Source: an uncultured Alphaproteobacteria bacterium
Lineage (GTDB): Bacteria > Pseudomonadota > Alphaproteobacteria > Rhodobacterales > Rhodobacteraceae
Direction of reading: 5' to 3'
NCBI GenBank assembly: GCA_963752895.1
Contig: CAVWAE010000020.1
Coordinates: 60,878 to 124,877 of the forward strand
Length of the DNA: 64,000 bases
A program made the position numbers and the translations under genes. Numbering within the stretch: position 1 is the stretch's first letter; each line of letters opens with the position of its first letter. Below are positions 1 through 11,560 of the stretch, piece by piece. Below the pieces are notes generated by a model. The model made no database searches. It saw only the letters and a program-made list of their open reading frames with translations, and had not been told where the DNA came from.

Positions 1-968
1 GTTGACGACCATGACGAACACCGGCGATCAGCAAGCAGCCCGCCCTGCACCACCGGGTAGTCGCGCCGGAAGATCGCAATCGACCATCCACTTGCCGATG
101 CCGGGCCAGGAGAAGATCGTCTCGGTCAGGATGGCGCCGGCGAGCAGCACGCCGACCTGCAGGCCGATCACGGTGATCACCGGGATCAGCGCGTTGCGCA
201 GCGCGTGCAGGCCGATGACCCGGATCGGCGGCGAGCCCCTTGGCCCGCGCGGTGCGCACGTAGTCCTCGCCGAGCACTTCGAGCATGGCCGAGCGGGTCT
301 GGCGGGCGATCACCGCCAGCGGGATGGTGCCGAGCACGATCGGTCGGCAGGATCAGGTGGCGACACGGCCGAGGTGAAGGCGCCCTTCTGGCCGGAGCAG
401 CAGGCTGTCGATCAGCATGAAGCCGGTGACCGGTCGAAGTAGTAGAGCAGCGATGATCCGGCCCGAGACCGGCGTCCAGCCGAGATTGCCGGAAAACAGG
501 ATGATCAGCAGCAGCGCCCCACCAGAAGATCGGCATCGAGTAGCCGATCAGGGCGGCGGCCATCAGCGCCTGGTCGAAGAACTTGCCGCGGTTCACCGCC
601 GCGATCATGCCGGCCGGGCAGGCCGAGCGAGGATCGCGAAGATGATGGCGCAGAGCGACAGCTCGATCGTTGCCGGGAACAGCGTGAAGAACTCGTCGAG
701 CACCGGCTGCTTGGTGACGATAGACTTGCCGAGATCGCCCTGCAGCACGCCGGTGAGGTAGTCCCAGTACTGCACCAAGATCGGCCGGTCGAAGCCGAAC
801 TGCGGCCTGCAGCTCGGCGTGGCGCTCGGCGGTCGATGCCGCGCTCGCCGGCCATCACGATGATCGGATCGCCCGGCAGCAGCCGGATGAAGGCGAACGA
901 GATCAGCGTCACCCCGATGAAGGTCGGCACGAAGAGTGAGCAGGCGGGACGAGGAAAAAGCGGAGCAT
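1..968 (-). pseudogene. dppB: DppB-like dipeptide ABC transporter permease; 3' end runs off the window; reading frame broken repeatedly
   Basis: Minus-strand fragments spread over three frames: MLRFF.., [144 protein letters not shown]. They are colinear with E. coli DppB by eye. ATG at 968 is preceded by GAGG. Confidence 0.75.
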
Positions 969-1082
969 CGGACCTCGGGTTCGCTGGTTGCGAAGCGGGG
1001 CGCCCGAGCATGCATGCCCGCGCGCCCCGCACGCCTTTGGCATGAGGCGCGGGGAGCCGCAAGCCCCCCGCGCCCCGGCTGA

Positions 1083-2685
1083 TTATTCGGCCAGGTCGAC
1101 GCCGTAGAAGATGTGGCCGCCGAGCGGGTCGATCACGTAGCCTTCGACTTCGTGGCGCATCGGCATGAAGACGACCGAGTGCGCGATGGTCACCCACGGC
1201 GCCTGCTCCTTGAAGATCACCTGCGCCTCTTCGTAGAGCTCGGTGCGCTCGGCCGTGTCGGAGGTCGTCTTGGCCTTCTGGATCAGCAGTCGTCGAACGG
1301 CTTGTTGCACCAGTGGGCGCGGTTGGAGCCGCCGACGCCGTCGCAGCCGAGCAGCACGGCCAGGAAGTTGTCCGGGTCGCCGTTGTCGCCGGTCCAGCCG
1401 AGCAGCACCGCGCCGTCGCGCTCGCCGTCCTTGGAGCGCTCGAGGTACTCGCCCCACTCGTAGGAGACGATCTCGACCTCGACGCCGATCTTGGCCCAGT
1501 CGGCCTGGATCAGCTCGGCCATGCGCCGCGCGTTCGGGTTGTAGGGCCGCTGCACCGGCATCGCCCAGATCTTCATCGACAGATCGGTGACGCCGGCTTC
1601 GGCGAGCAGCGCCTTGGCGGCTTCCGGATCGTAGGGGTCGTCCTCGATCGCGTCGTTGTAGGACCAGATGGTCGGCGGGATCGGGTTCTTGGCGATCTTG
1701 CCGGCGCCCTGGAACACCGCGTCGATGATGGCCTGCTTGTTGATCGCCATGTTCAGCGCCTGGCGCACCTCGGCGTTGTCGAACGGCGCCTTCTCGGTGT
1801 TGAAGGCGAGATAGCCGACGTTGAGGCCTTCCTGCTCCAGCAGGTTGACGTCGGCGTCGGCCTTCATCGCCGGCGACGTCGGCCGGGTTCGGATACGGCA
1901 TCACGTGGCATTCGCCGGCCTGCAGCTTCTGGTAGCGCACCGAGGCGTCCGGGGTGATGGCGAAGACCAGGTCGTCGATCGGCGCCTTGCCGGCCCAGTA
2001 GTCCGGGTTGCGCCTTGTAGCGGATCACCGCGTCCTTCTGGTAGGCGACGAAGCTGAACGGGCCGGTGCCGACCGGCTTCTGGTCGAGCTGCTCCGGCGT
2101 GCCGGCTGCCATCAGCTTGTCGGCGTATTCGGCCGACATGATGGAGGCGAAGTCCATGCCGAGGTTGGCGATGAACGGCGCTTCCGGCCGGTTGAGCGTC
2201 GAACTTGACGGTGATGTCGTCGACCTTCTCGATGCGACTTGATCAGGTCCGGCATGCCCATGCCGTTGAAGTATTCCCAGGACCCGCCCGAGACGTCGTG
2301 CCATACGGATTGTCCGTCGCTCGAGCTGGCGCTCGAAGCAGAAGATCACGTCGTCGGCGTTGAAGTCGCGCGTCGGGGTGAAGTCGTCGTTGGCGTGGAA
2401 CTTGACGCCCTTGCGCAGCTTGAAGGTGTAGGTCAGGCCGTCGTCGGAGACCTCCCAGCTCTCGGCCAGACCGGGCACGATCTCGGTGGTGCCGCGCTCG
2501 AACTCGACGAGGCGGTTGAAGATCGGGTGCGACGAGGCGTCGAAGGTGGTGCCGGCCGTGTAGAGCGCCGGGTCGAAGCCCTCGGGGCTGCCTTCGGAGC
2601 AATAGACGAGCGTCGATTGCGCCGAAGCCGCGCCGGCCATCGTCATGACGAGGCTGGTCGCGGTCAGTAGGTTGCGAAGTGACAT
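1083..2685 (-). pseudogene. dppA: DppA-like periplasmic dipeptide-binding protein (family 5 SBP) with at least five frame switches
   Basis: N-terminal part (MSLRNLLTATSLVMTMAGAASAQSTLVYCSEGSPEGFDPALYTAGTTFDASS..), middle part (MKADADVNLLEQEGLNVGYL..WAMPVQRPYNPNARRMAELIQADWAKIGV..GWTGDNGDPDNF) and C-terminal part (..ELYEEAQVIFKEQAPWVTIAHSVVFMPMRHEVEGYVIDPLGGHIFYGVDLAE) lie in different frames. GGAGGGAG sits upstream of the ATG at 2685. Confidence 0.8.
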
Positions 2686-3106
2686 TGGGGTGAACTCCCT
2701 CCTGGATTTGGCTTGGGGGTCTGCCGGCGACGGCATGAAAAGCCACGACCCACGAACCTCGGCCCGCAGCAGCAGCATGACACGACGGTCGCCCGGTGCC
2801 CCCATGGGCGGGATCAAACTCCGAAAACGATTGCGGCGCAAGGAGTCACGCAGGGAAAATTTGACCAAGCCGTCAGACCGTTGTCGAGGGCAATGGAAAT
2901 CGGGGCATGGCGCGCAGGACCCGCGCGTGCCTGCGCGGGGTTAAACCGGGCGCCGACATCTGCGCCGCCCGGCGAGACACCCGATCGCGGGCCGGAGCGG
3001 GGCGGACGGGCCCGCGCCCCGTCCCGGTCCCCGGGTCCGGCCCGAATACAGCACCCGCCCCGGTCCCCGAACCGGGACGCTGCGGCGTCGGGACCCCTGC
3101 CCCGTC

Positions 3107-4172
3107 TCAGGCGCGTTGCGAGAAGACGGGCGCTTTCATTGCCTGGCCGTAGGGGCGCGCGAGGGCCAGGGCTGCGTCGTAGCTTTCTTTTACCTGGGCG
3201 AAATCGGGGTTGGCGGCGGCGTTCTCGTCGAGCACTTCCGCCGCGGCCACCTTCAGCGCCGCGACCACGTCGTCGGGGAAGGCGCGGAACTCGACGCCCT
3301 GTTCCTTGAGCTGGGCGAAGGCCTGGGCGTTGAACCAGTCGAACTGGGCGAGGCTCTCGGCGGCGGCGGCATCGGCGGCGTTGCGGATGATGGCCTGAAG
3401 ATGCGCGGGCAGTTCGGCCCAGGCGTCGGCGTTGACCACCACTTCGAGCCCGGCGGAGGGTTCGTGGAAGGCCGGCAGGTAGCAGTAGTTGGCGACCTTC
3501 TGCAGCCCGAAGGCCTGGTCGAGCAGCGGGCCGACCCATTCCGCCGCGTCGATCGCGCCCGACTGGAAGGCGGGGAAGATCTCGGTGGGCGGCAGCAGCA
3601 CCGCGTTGACGCCGAGCTTGCGCATCGTCTCGCCGCCAAGTCCGGCGATGCGGAAGTTGAGGCCGGCGAGGTCGTCGACGCTCTCGATCGGGGTCTTGAA
3701 CCAGCCCGCCGCCTGGACGCCCGAGTTGCCCGAGTAGAACGGCACCAGGCCGCGCTGGGCATAGAGCGCGTCCCAGATCTCCTGGCCGCCGCCGTAGCGC
3801 AGCCAGCCCGAGGTCTCGACCGCGGTCATCCCGAAGGGCACGGCGGAGAAGTAATGCAGCGCGGTGTTCTTGGAGGCGGCATAGTAGGGTGTCGAATGGC
3901 CGATCTCGGCGGTGCCCTGTTCGACCGCGTCCTCGACACCGAACGGCGGCACCAGCTCGCCGCCCGAGAACACCTTGAGACTCGAGCTGGCCGTCCGACA
4001 TCGCCGCGACCCTTGCCGCGAAGGTGGTGGCGTTGGTGCCCACACCCGGCGCCTGGGCCGGGAAGGCGGTGGGCATCTTCCACTCGACCTTGCCTTGCGC
4101 GAGCGCCGGCGCCGCGAGCGCCGCCGCGGGGGCGGCGATGGCCCCTGATTTCAGAAAGTCACGACGTTTCAT
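3107..4172 (-). pseudogene. dctP: TRAP transporter solute-binding subunit (DctP family) with Tat-type leader; one frame switch near 3950-4045
   Basis: MKRRDFLKSGAIAAPAAALAAPALAQGKVEWKMPTAFPAQAPGVGTNATTFAARVAAMSDGQLE in one frame, continuing as LKVFSGGELVPPFGVEDAVEQGTAEIGHSTPYY..GLNFRIAGLGGETMRKLGVNAVLLPPTEIFPAFQSGAIDAAEWVGP in another. Confidence 0.75.
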
Positions 4173-4199
4173 GGGAGGTCCTCCAGGGTTGGGTACAAG

Positions 4200-5758
<1,559 letters not shown>

Positions 5759-5769
<11 letters not shown>

Positions 5770-6280
5770 CCCGCGCCTCCCCTGCCCCGCTATCGGTCCC
5801 GTCATCAATCCCGTCCACCGATCAACGTCGATGACCGCATGCAGGAGCACCAGGACGCACATCACCACGATGGTCGACTTGACTGCGAACAGCCCCGGCA
5901 GCCCGCCGGTTTCGCGCGAGCCCTCGAAGATCGACCAGGAGGCGGCGACGAGCGGCCAGGCGTTCCACAGCATCAGGCCGAAGACCGGCAGGGTGAACAG
6001 CGCATGCCCCCAGCGGTCGAGGCGACGCGTTGGTGCGCGCCGAGAACCCGCCCCGCAGGATGTCGACCCGCACGTGCCGGCCCGCGCGCAGCGCCAGCGG
6101 GATCGTCAGGACCACGAGGGCGGAGAAGCTGTAGGTGATCGCGTCCTGCAACTCGAGGAACCCGACCCCCATGACGTAGCGCATCAGCACGACGATGAGC
6201 TGGGCCGCGAACATCACCCCGAACAGGGCGATCGAGAGCGCGAGGGTGAAGCGGTGAAGGAGGTCGGCGACGTGTTTCAT
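5759..6280 (-). pseudogene. dctQ: TRAP transporter small permease (DctQ family), frame-shifted
   Basis: MKHVADLLHRFTLALSIALFGVMFAAQLIVVLMRYVMGVGFLELQDAITYSFSALVVLTIPLALRAGRHVRVDIL, then the frame changes to ..MLWNAWPLVAASWSIFEGSRETGGLPGLFAVKSTIVVMCVLVLL. The likely stop TGA at 5761-5759 overlaps the dctM ATG, in a third frame. Confidence 0.6.
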
Positions 6281-6442
6281 CGATCAGCGGCGGTCGGCGC
6301 TCGGGCCCCGGCCTGCGCCCCTTTCCTGTGCGGTCACCCCGGTGTTTGTCCAAATCCCGGTCGCTGTTCAACAGGCATTTTCGTCCACCCCCGTTGGACC
6401 CGGTCCGGGAAACGGGTGGCGGCGCCCGCCACCGGGGCCGGG

Positions 6443-6630
6443 CGGGGAATACATCCCCTCGCCCACGCACCACGGGCGATGTCCGGTCGATTGTTTCCAT
6501 TGTGGGGACAATGCGGGAATTATACTCTGATTATTTCCGAATACCGGCTAATACCGGGGCCGACCGGCAAGTAATGCGGGAAATCCGTCTTTCCCGTCGC
6601 GAGGGCCAAATGTCGGGAATAGAGTATTCC
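6443..6630. promoter_or_regulatory. Cluster of four GGGAA/TTCCC-type inverted repeats in the lower-GC region upstream of dctQ
   Basis: GGGGAatacaTCCCC (6443-6457), GGGAATtatactctgattATTTCC (6514-6537), GGGAAAtccgtcTTTCCC (6577-6594), GGGAATAgagTATTCCC (6614-6630). Confidence 0.3.
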
Positions 6631-6925
6631 CGAGCATATTTCCCTCCGACGGGTCGCCGGCGTCGCCGAAAACACCACCTTTTCCAATATTTTTTCGAGG
6701 CCTGCAACCGCGTCGCCGCCAAAATGCTGAAAAAGTGCAATTGCCGTTCCCCGCCCAAGGCGCCGGCGCGATGACGGCGCGCGGGGCACTCCGGGCGCGC
6801 CGCCACCACACCCTGCCGTCGTCCCGGGCGCGGCGCAGGCCCCGTGGCAACCGGCCGCCCGCGACCGGGCGGCCCTGCGTCGCGCGGCGGGGGAAATGGC
6901 CTGGCCGCGCCCGCGGAAGCGGCGG

Positions 6926-6968
6926 CGGAAAACAAAGCCGCCCCGCCGCCGGTCAGGCCTGCGGGGCG
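6926..6968 (-). terminator. Rho-independent terminator downstream of rmlA
   Basis: On the minus strand: GC stem CCGCCCCGC / GCGGGGCGG (6937-6945 pairs with 6960-6968) followed by CTTTGTTTTCC, about 45 bp after the rmlA stop. Confidence 0.6.
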
Positions 6969-7010
6969 GGGTTCGGTCGCGGTCGGCCAGTGCCCGGCGC
7001 GGGCGCCGGA

Positions 7011-7889
7011 CTACCGGTCGTGGACAAGCGCCTCGAGGTAGTGGCCGTAGTCGGTTTTCTTCAGCGGCGCCGCCAGTTCGAGAAGTTGCTCGGTGGTGAT
7101 CCACCCCGACTTGTAGGCGATCTCTTCCGGGCTCGCGATGATGATGCCCTGGCGCTGCTGAAGCGCGCCGACGAATTGCGCCGCGTTGAGCAGGCTTTCA
7201 TGGGTGCCGGTGTCGAGCCAGGCGAAACCGCGCCGCATCGTCTCCACCATCAGCGCGCCGTCGTCGAGGTAAGTGCCCAGCAGATCGGTGATTTCCAGCT
7301 CGCCGCGCGGGGACGGCGCGATCGTATGCGCGCGCTCGGGGGCGGTGCCGTCGAGGAAATAGAGCCCGGTCACGGCGTAGGAGGACGGCGGATTTTCCGG
7401 CTTTTCGACGATCTCGGTCACCCGGCCCTCGGCATCGAACCCGAGCACACCGTAGCGCTCGGGATCGGACACCCGGTAGCCGAAAACGGTGCCGCCGGTC
7501 TCGCGGGCCGCGGCCGCCGCGAGCAGGGCGCCGACGCCGTTGCCGAAGAACAGATTGTCGCCCAGCACCATCGCCGAGGGGCTGCCGGCAAGGAAGTCTT
7601 CCGCCAGCAGGTAGGCCTGGGCGAGCCCGTCGGGCGACGGCTGCTCGATATAGGTGAGCGACAGCCCCCATTGGCTGCCATCTTCCAGCACCCGCTCGAA
7701 CTGTTCGCGGTCGCGCGGCGTGGTGATGATGGCGATCTCGCGGATCCCGGCCAGCATCAGCACGGTCAGCGGGTAGTAGACCATCGGCTTGTCGAAGATC
7801 GGCAGGAGTTGTTTCGAGATCCCACGGGTGGCGGGGAACAGGCGGGTGCCGGAACCGCCGGCAAGCAGTATTCCCTTACGTGTTGTCAT
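7011..7889 (-). CDS. rmlA: Glucose-1-phosphate thymidylyltransferase
   Basis: 292 aa, MTTRKGILLAGGSGTRLFPATRGISKQLLPIFDKPMVYYPLTVLMLAGIREIAIITTP.. Canonical RmlA/RfbA N-terminus and length. Confidence 0.93.
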   Translation of the reverse strand: MTTRKGILLAGGSGTRLFPATRGISKQLLPIFDKPMVYYPLTVLMLAGIREIAIITTPRDREQFERVLEDGSQWGLSLTYIEQPSPDGLAQAYLLAEDFLAGSPSAMVLGDNLFFGNGVGALLAAAAARETGGTVFGYRVSDPERYGVLGFDAEGRVTEIVEKPENPPSSYAVTGLYFLDGTAPERAHTIAPSPRGELEITDLLGTYLDDGALMVETMRRGFAWLDTGTHESLLNAAQFVGALQQRQGIIIASPEEIAYKSGWITTEQLLELAAPLKKTDYGHYLEALVHDR

Positions 7890-8410
7890 ATAGACTCACC
7901 ATTTCTTTCCGTTTCTGTGCCGGACCCGGTCCGGCGCGCCGAATCATTCGGCAAAAGCGCGTCCTGCGCACCAGTTTTTTTGCACAAATGTGGCCAAATG
8001 TGGGTGCGTCGCCGGAACCTTGGCGACGACCGCGGTATTTCGGTGACGGTCATATGGATTTTTGTTTTCCCCATAGCCGAGACAATACCCGCGTGTAATA
8101 AGCTTCGTTTCAGAACCGAGGCTCGAATTGTAAAATTGTCGCGGCACGAGAAACGGTATGTAGACGAGATAGCACAGGGTCCGGGCCCGGGCCGGTGCTA
8201 GATTGAATAGGGCGAAATTGGGGCAAGTGTTGGTCTCGATTGTGCCGGTGGAACGAGTACGAACCGGGGTGTTTGTCTCAGTCCCGAGCAGGGTTGTCCG
8301 TCCCGCTCATGCGCCACTGCTAGGCGTGGGACGTGGGAAACCCGAACGGCCGAGTAAACGCTGAGGGGCGTGCTCGGAATGCCGGTCGAGCAAATGAGAA
8401 GGGGTGGGAA

Positions 8411-9187
8411 ATGAACAGAACGATGACCGGGCGCCGGGTTGAAGCTGGCGTTCTTCCGGTGGAAGAAGTGAAACGCGCGATTGCGCCTCACGTCGATGCC
8501 GCAGCGGAATTGAGGCCGCGGCTGATGAAGGCGATCGAGACGTTTCCGCGCCCGATTTCCGGTGTAAAATCAGCAAATTCCTCGTGGTATCTCAGCCATG
8601 GCAAGCGCGTGATCGACCTGGTGCTCGTGCTGCTCGCGGCGCCGTTTGTATTGCCGGTGGTCCTTCTGACCGCGCTGGCGCTCTGGGCCGAAGGGGGCAA
8701 CCCGTTCTACCAGCAGGAGCGGATGCGGGCCGATGGATCGCGCTACCGGATCCTGAAGCTGCGCACGATGGTGAAGAACGCCGACAAGAAGCTCGCCGCC
8801 CTGCTCGACAGCGACGCGTCGCTGAAGCGCGAGTGGGAAGCGACCCAGAAACTCAAGCACGATCCCCGGATCACCCCGATCGGCCGCCTGCTGCGCGTGA
8901 CCTCGCTCGACGAACTGCCGCAACTGTGGAACGTCGTCACCGGCGACATGAGCCTGATCGGACCGCGCCCGATGCTGCCCGACCAGGTCGCCATCTACAA
9001 CGGCCCGATCTACTGGGGCATGCGCCCGGGTATCTCGGGGCTCTGGCAGGTTTCCGAACGCAACGACCGCAACTTCGATTACCGCGCGGAGATGGACAGG
9101 ATCTATCGTCGGCAGGTAACCTTCCGCGAGGATCTCTCCATCCTTTTGCGCACTGTTGTTGTGATGGTCCGCCGGACAGGCTATTGA
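8411..9187 (+). CDS. Polyprenyl-phosphate sugar-phosphate transferase (bacterial sugar transferase family, WbaP/ExoY-like C-terminal domain)
   Basis: KRVIDLVLVLLAAPFVLPV..YRILKLRTMV..DPRITPIGRLLRVTSLDELPQLWNVVTGDMSLIGPRP. The ATG at 8411 follows GAAGGGGTGGGAA; the ORF is open from 8333. Confidence 0.85.
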   Translation: MNRTMTGRRVEAGVLPVEEVKRAIAPHVDAAAELRPRLMKAIETFPRPISGVKSANSSWYLSHGKRVIDLVLVLLAAPFVLPVVLLTALALWAEGGNPFYQQERMRADGSRYRILKLRTMVKNADKKLAALLDSDASLKREWEATQKLKHDPRITPIGRLLRVTSLDELPQLWNVVTGDMSLIGPRPMLPDQVAIYNGPIYWGMRPGISGLWQVSERNDRNFDYRAEMDRIYRRQVTFREDLSILLRTVVVMVRRTGY

Positions 9188-9218
9188 CGCCAGTGTTCGG
9201 ACGCGGGAGACCCGTAAG

Positions 9219-10061
9219 ATGAACAAGATGAACTCGGATCTCCATGCGGACGAAGCTTTGACCGGAATGTCGGACCAGGACCACTCAAAAGACGAACCCA
9301 GGAAAAAGCCGACCGGCACCGCCCTCGTGGCGGTGCCGGCCGGGTCTCTCACGGGGGTCGAACGCGACCCGCGCGAGGAGGTCTGGGGCGTCCTCCACAA
9401 TGCCAAGCGGACCGAGGCGGAAGTGCCCCGGACCTGGCGCCGTCGCAAGATCGCGGCCAGGCGTGAGGCCGCCGTTCAGGCTTTCGACCAGCTGCGCACG
9501 CAATTTCTGCAGGGTGTGCGGTCGGAAGGCCTCAAGCGCATCGCCGTGGCCTCGCCGCGGTCGGGCAACGGCACCACCTTCGCCGCCGTCAACCTCGCCC
9601 GCTCGCTGTCGCGCGTGCCCGGCTGCAAGACCGTGCTGCTCGACCTCAACCTGCGGGCCCCCGGCGTCGCCGAGACCATCGGTGTCGAGGCCGAAGGCAA
9701 CATGGACGAATTCCTGACCGGTGAGATTTCCTTCTTTCAGCATGTCGTGCGCTACAATGACGGCCTTGCGCTTGGCTTGTCGCGCAGCGCCCGTCCAAAC
9801 GCCTCCGACCTCCTGCAAAGCGGCCTCGTCGCCGGCGCGGTGTCGGAGATGACGCACCTGCTGAAGCCCGACGTGGTCATGCTCGACCTGCCGCCGATCC
9901 TGGAATACGACGACCTCAGCGCGGTGCTGCCGCATGTCGATGGCGTGCTCCTGATCGCCGATGGCACCAGCACCCAGACCAAGGACATCGCGGAGTGCGA
10001 GCGGCTGATCAAGAACAGATCCAAGCTGATGGGGGTCGTCCTGAACCGCGGCCGCACCTGA
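9219..10061 (+). CDS. Stand-alone BY-kinase/MinD-like P-loop protein with degenerate Walker A (probable pseudokinase)
   Basis: LKRIAVASPRSGNGTTFAAVNLARSL..KTVLLDLNLRAPGV..DVVMLDLPPILEYDDL..GVLLIADG. It has the CpsD/ExoP-C-terminal fold signature, but GNGTT replaces G-x-GK(S/T) and there is no C-terminal Tyr cluster. Confidence 0.6.
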   Translation: MNKMNSDLHADEALTGMSDQDHSKDEPRKKPTGTALVAVPAGSLTGVERDPREEVWGVLHNAKRTEAEVPRTWRRRKIAARREAAVQAFDQLRTQFLQGVRSEGLKRIAVASPRSGNGTTFAAVNLARSLSRVPGCKTVLLDLNLRAPGVAETIGVEAEGNMDEFLTGEISFFQHVVRYNDGLALGLSRSARPNASDLLQSGLVAGAVSEMTHLLKPDVVMLDLPPILEYDDLSAVLPHVDGVLLIADGTSTQTKDIAECERLIKNRSKLMGVVLNRGRT

Positions 10062-10184
10062 CGCCGCCGCCGACGGCGCGGTTGCCCAAATTTCGAAACG
10101 CCAGCGCCGCAGCAATGACGCGGCGCCGTGCATTTTTGCCGAAGCCAAAGCCGAAACCAAATCTGTGACCGGAAAGCGCGCTAC

Positions 10185-11459
10185 ATGTCTCCGTTGGACC
10201 TGATCGACGAAATCCTCGACCTCCTGCGCCGCCGCTGGCGCCTGATATTGCGGGCAACGCTTTTGTGCGTTCTGGCCGCGGCCTATGTCGCGCTCAAGAC
10301 GCCGCGCGCCTTCGAGGCGCTCGAAGTGATCCAGATCGAACGCCCCGTGATATCGGAGGATACCGTGGATGGCGTCGGCGAGGTCTCGTCGGCGCGCCTG
10401 TTGCAGACGATCGAACAACGCCTGTTCACCCGGGAATCGGTGCTCAAGGTGGCCGAGGAACTGGGGTTGTTCGACGACGCCCCGGGCCTGCCCGAAGACG
10501 ACCGCGTCGCCTTGGTGCGCGGCGCCGTCAACCTCAACGCGGTGGCCGCCGCCCGGGAGGGATTCGGCGACGACGGGACGATCTCGGTCGTCCGGATCTT
10601 CGCGACCTGGTCCAACGGGGAAACGGCCCGTGACCTCGCCCATATCTTCGCCACCCGCACGCTCGACCTCAGCGCCAGCCAAAGGCTTGAAACCGCACAG
10701 CAATCGCTCGATTTCTTCCGGCTTCAGGAAGAGAAGCTGAACGGTGAGATCACCGCCGTCGAAGACGAGCGCGAAGCCTTCCGCAACGAGAACGCGCTGG
10801 CGATCTCCGGGTCGATCGAGTCGCTGCGCGGCGAGATCAGCACGATCAACACCCGGCTGTTCGAGATCGGTCAGCAGATCCTCACCGCCGAAGGCGAGAT
10901 CAGCAAGATCACCTCGGCCGACCGGACCTCCGAAGTCGCCCAACTGCGCGCCAGGATCCAGATCGAGGCGCTGGAAGACGACATCGGCCGGCTCAATGTC
11001 CAGCGCGACTCGCTGCTTCAGAACAAGGCCGGGCTCGAAGCCGCCCTTGCCAGGGTGCCGGTGATCGAACGCCGTCTCAGCGACTACGACCGCGCGCTCA
11101 CCCAGCTGCAGACCGAACTGAGCGTGGTTTCGGGCCGCCGGCGCGAGGCCGAGACCGCCTATGCGCTCGAGGCGCAGGACCACGGCGGTCGGCTCACGGT
11201 GATCGAGGCGGCCACGGTGCCGGAATTTCCGATCGGGCGCAGCCGGAAGACGACGGTGGCGATGGGCCTCGTGGCCGGTCTCCTGCTCGGCGGCGGGCTT
11301 GCCCTTCTGCTCGAAATCCTGCATCCGGTCATCCGAACGTCGGGGCAGATGACCCGCCGCGTGGGTCTGACCCCGGTGGTAACCATCCCCTCTGTGGGCG
11401 AAGGACGCCGGCGCAGCGATCGCCGGCGGAACAAGCAACCGCCGCTCGGGACCCTGTAG
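10185..11459 (+). CDS. Polysaccharide co-polymerase (Wzz/GumC-like chain-length determinant) without a kinase domain
   Basis: N-terminal TM (LILRATLLCVLAAAYVALKTP), long coiled-coil middle and a C-terminal proline motif plus TM (EAATVPEFPIGRSRKTTVAMGLVAGLLLGGGLALLLEIL). Confidence 0.75.
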   Translation: MSPLDLIDEILDLLRRRWRLILRATLLCVLAAAYVALKTPRAFEALEVIQIERPVISEDTVDGVGEVSSARLLQTIEQRLFTRESVLKVAEELGLFDDAPGLPEDDRVALVRGAVNLNAVAAAREGFGDDGTISVVRIFATWSNGETARDLAHIFATRTLDLSASQRLETAQQSLDFFRLQEEKLNGEITAVEDEREAFRNENALAISGSIESLRGEISTINTRLFEIGQQILTAEGEISKITSADRTSEVAQLRARIQIEALEDDIGRLNVQRDSLLQNKAGLEAALARVPVIERRLSDYDRALTQLQTELSVVSGRRREAETAYALEAQDHGGRLTVIEAATVPEFPIGRSRKTTVAMGLVAGLLLGGGLALLLEILHPVIRTSGQMTRRVGLTPVVTIPSVGEGRRRSDRRRNKQPPLGTL

Positions 11460-11560
11460 ACCGGACGGCGAATAAGGACTGGGCGCACACCCACCTGCGC
11501 GCCCCCGGGTGTCGGTAAGGCCCGGGTGTCGGAAGGCCGGAATGTCGGAAGGGATGTGAC

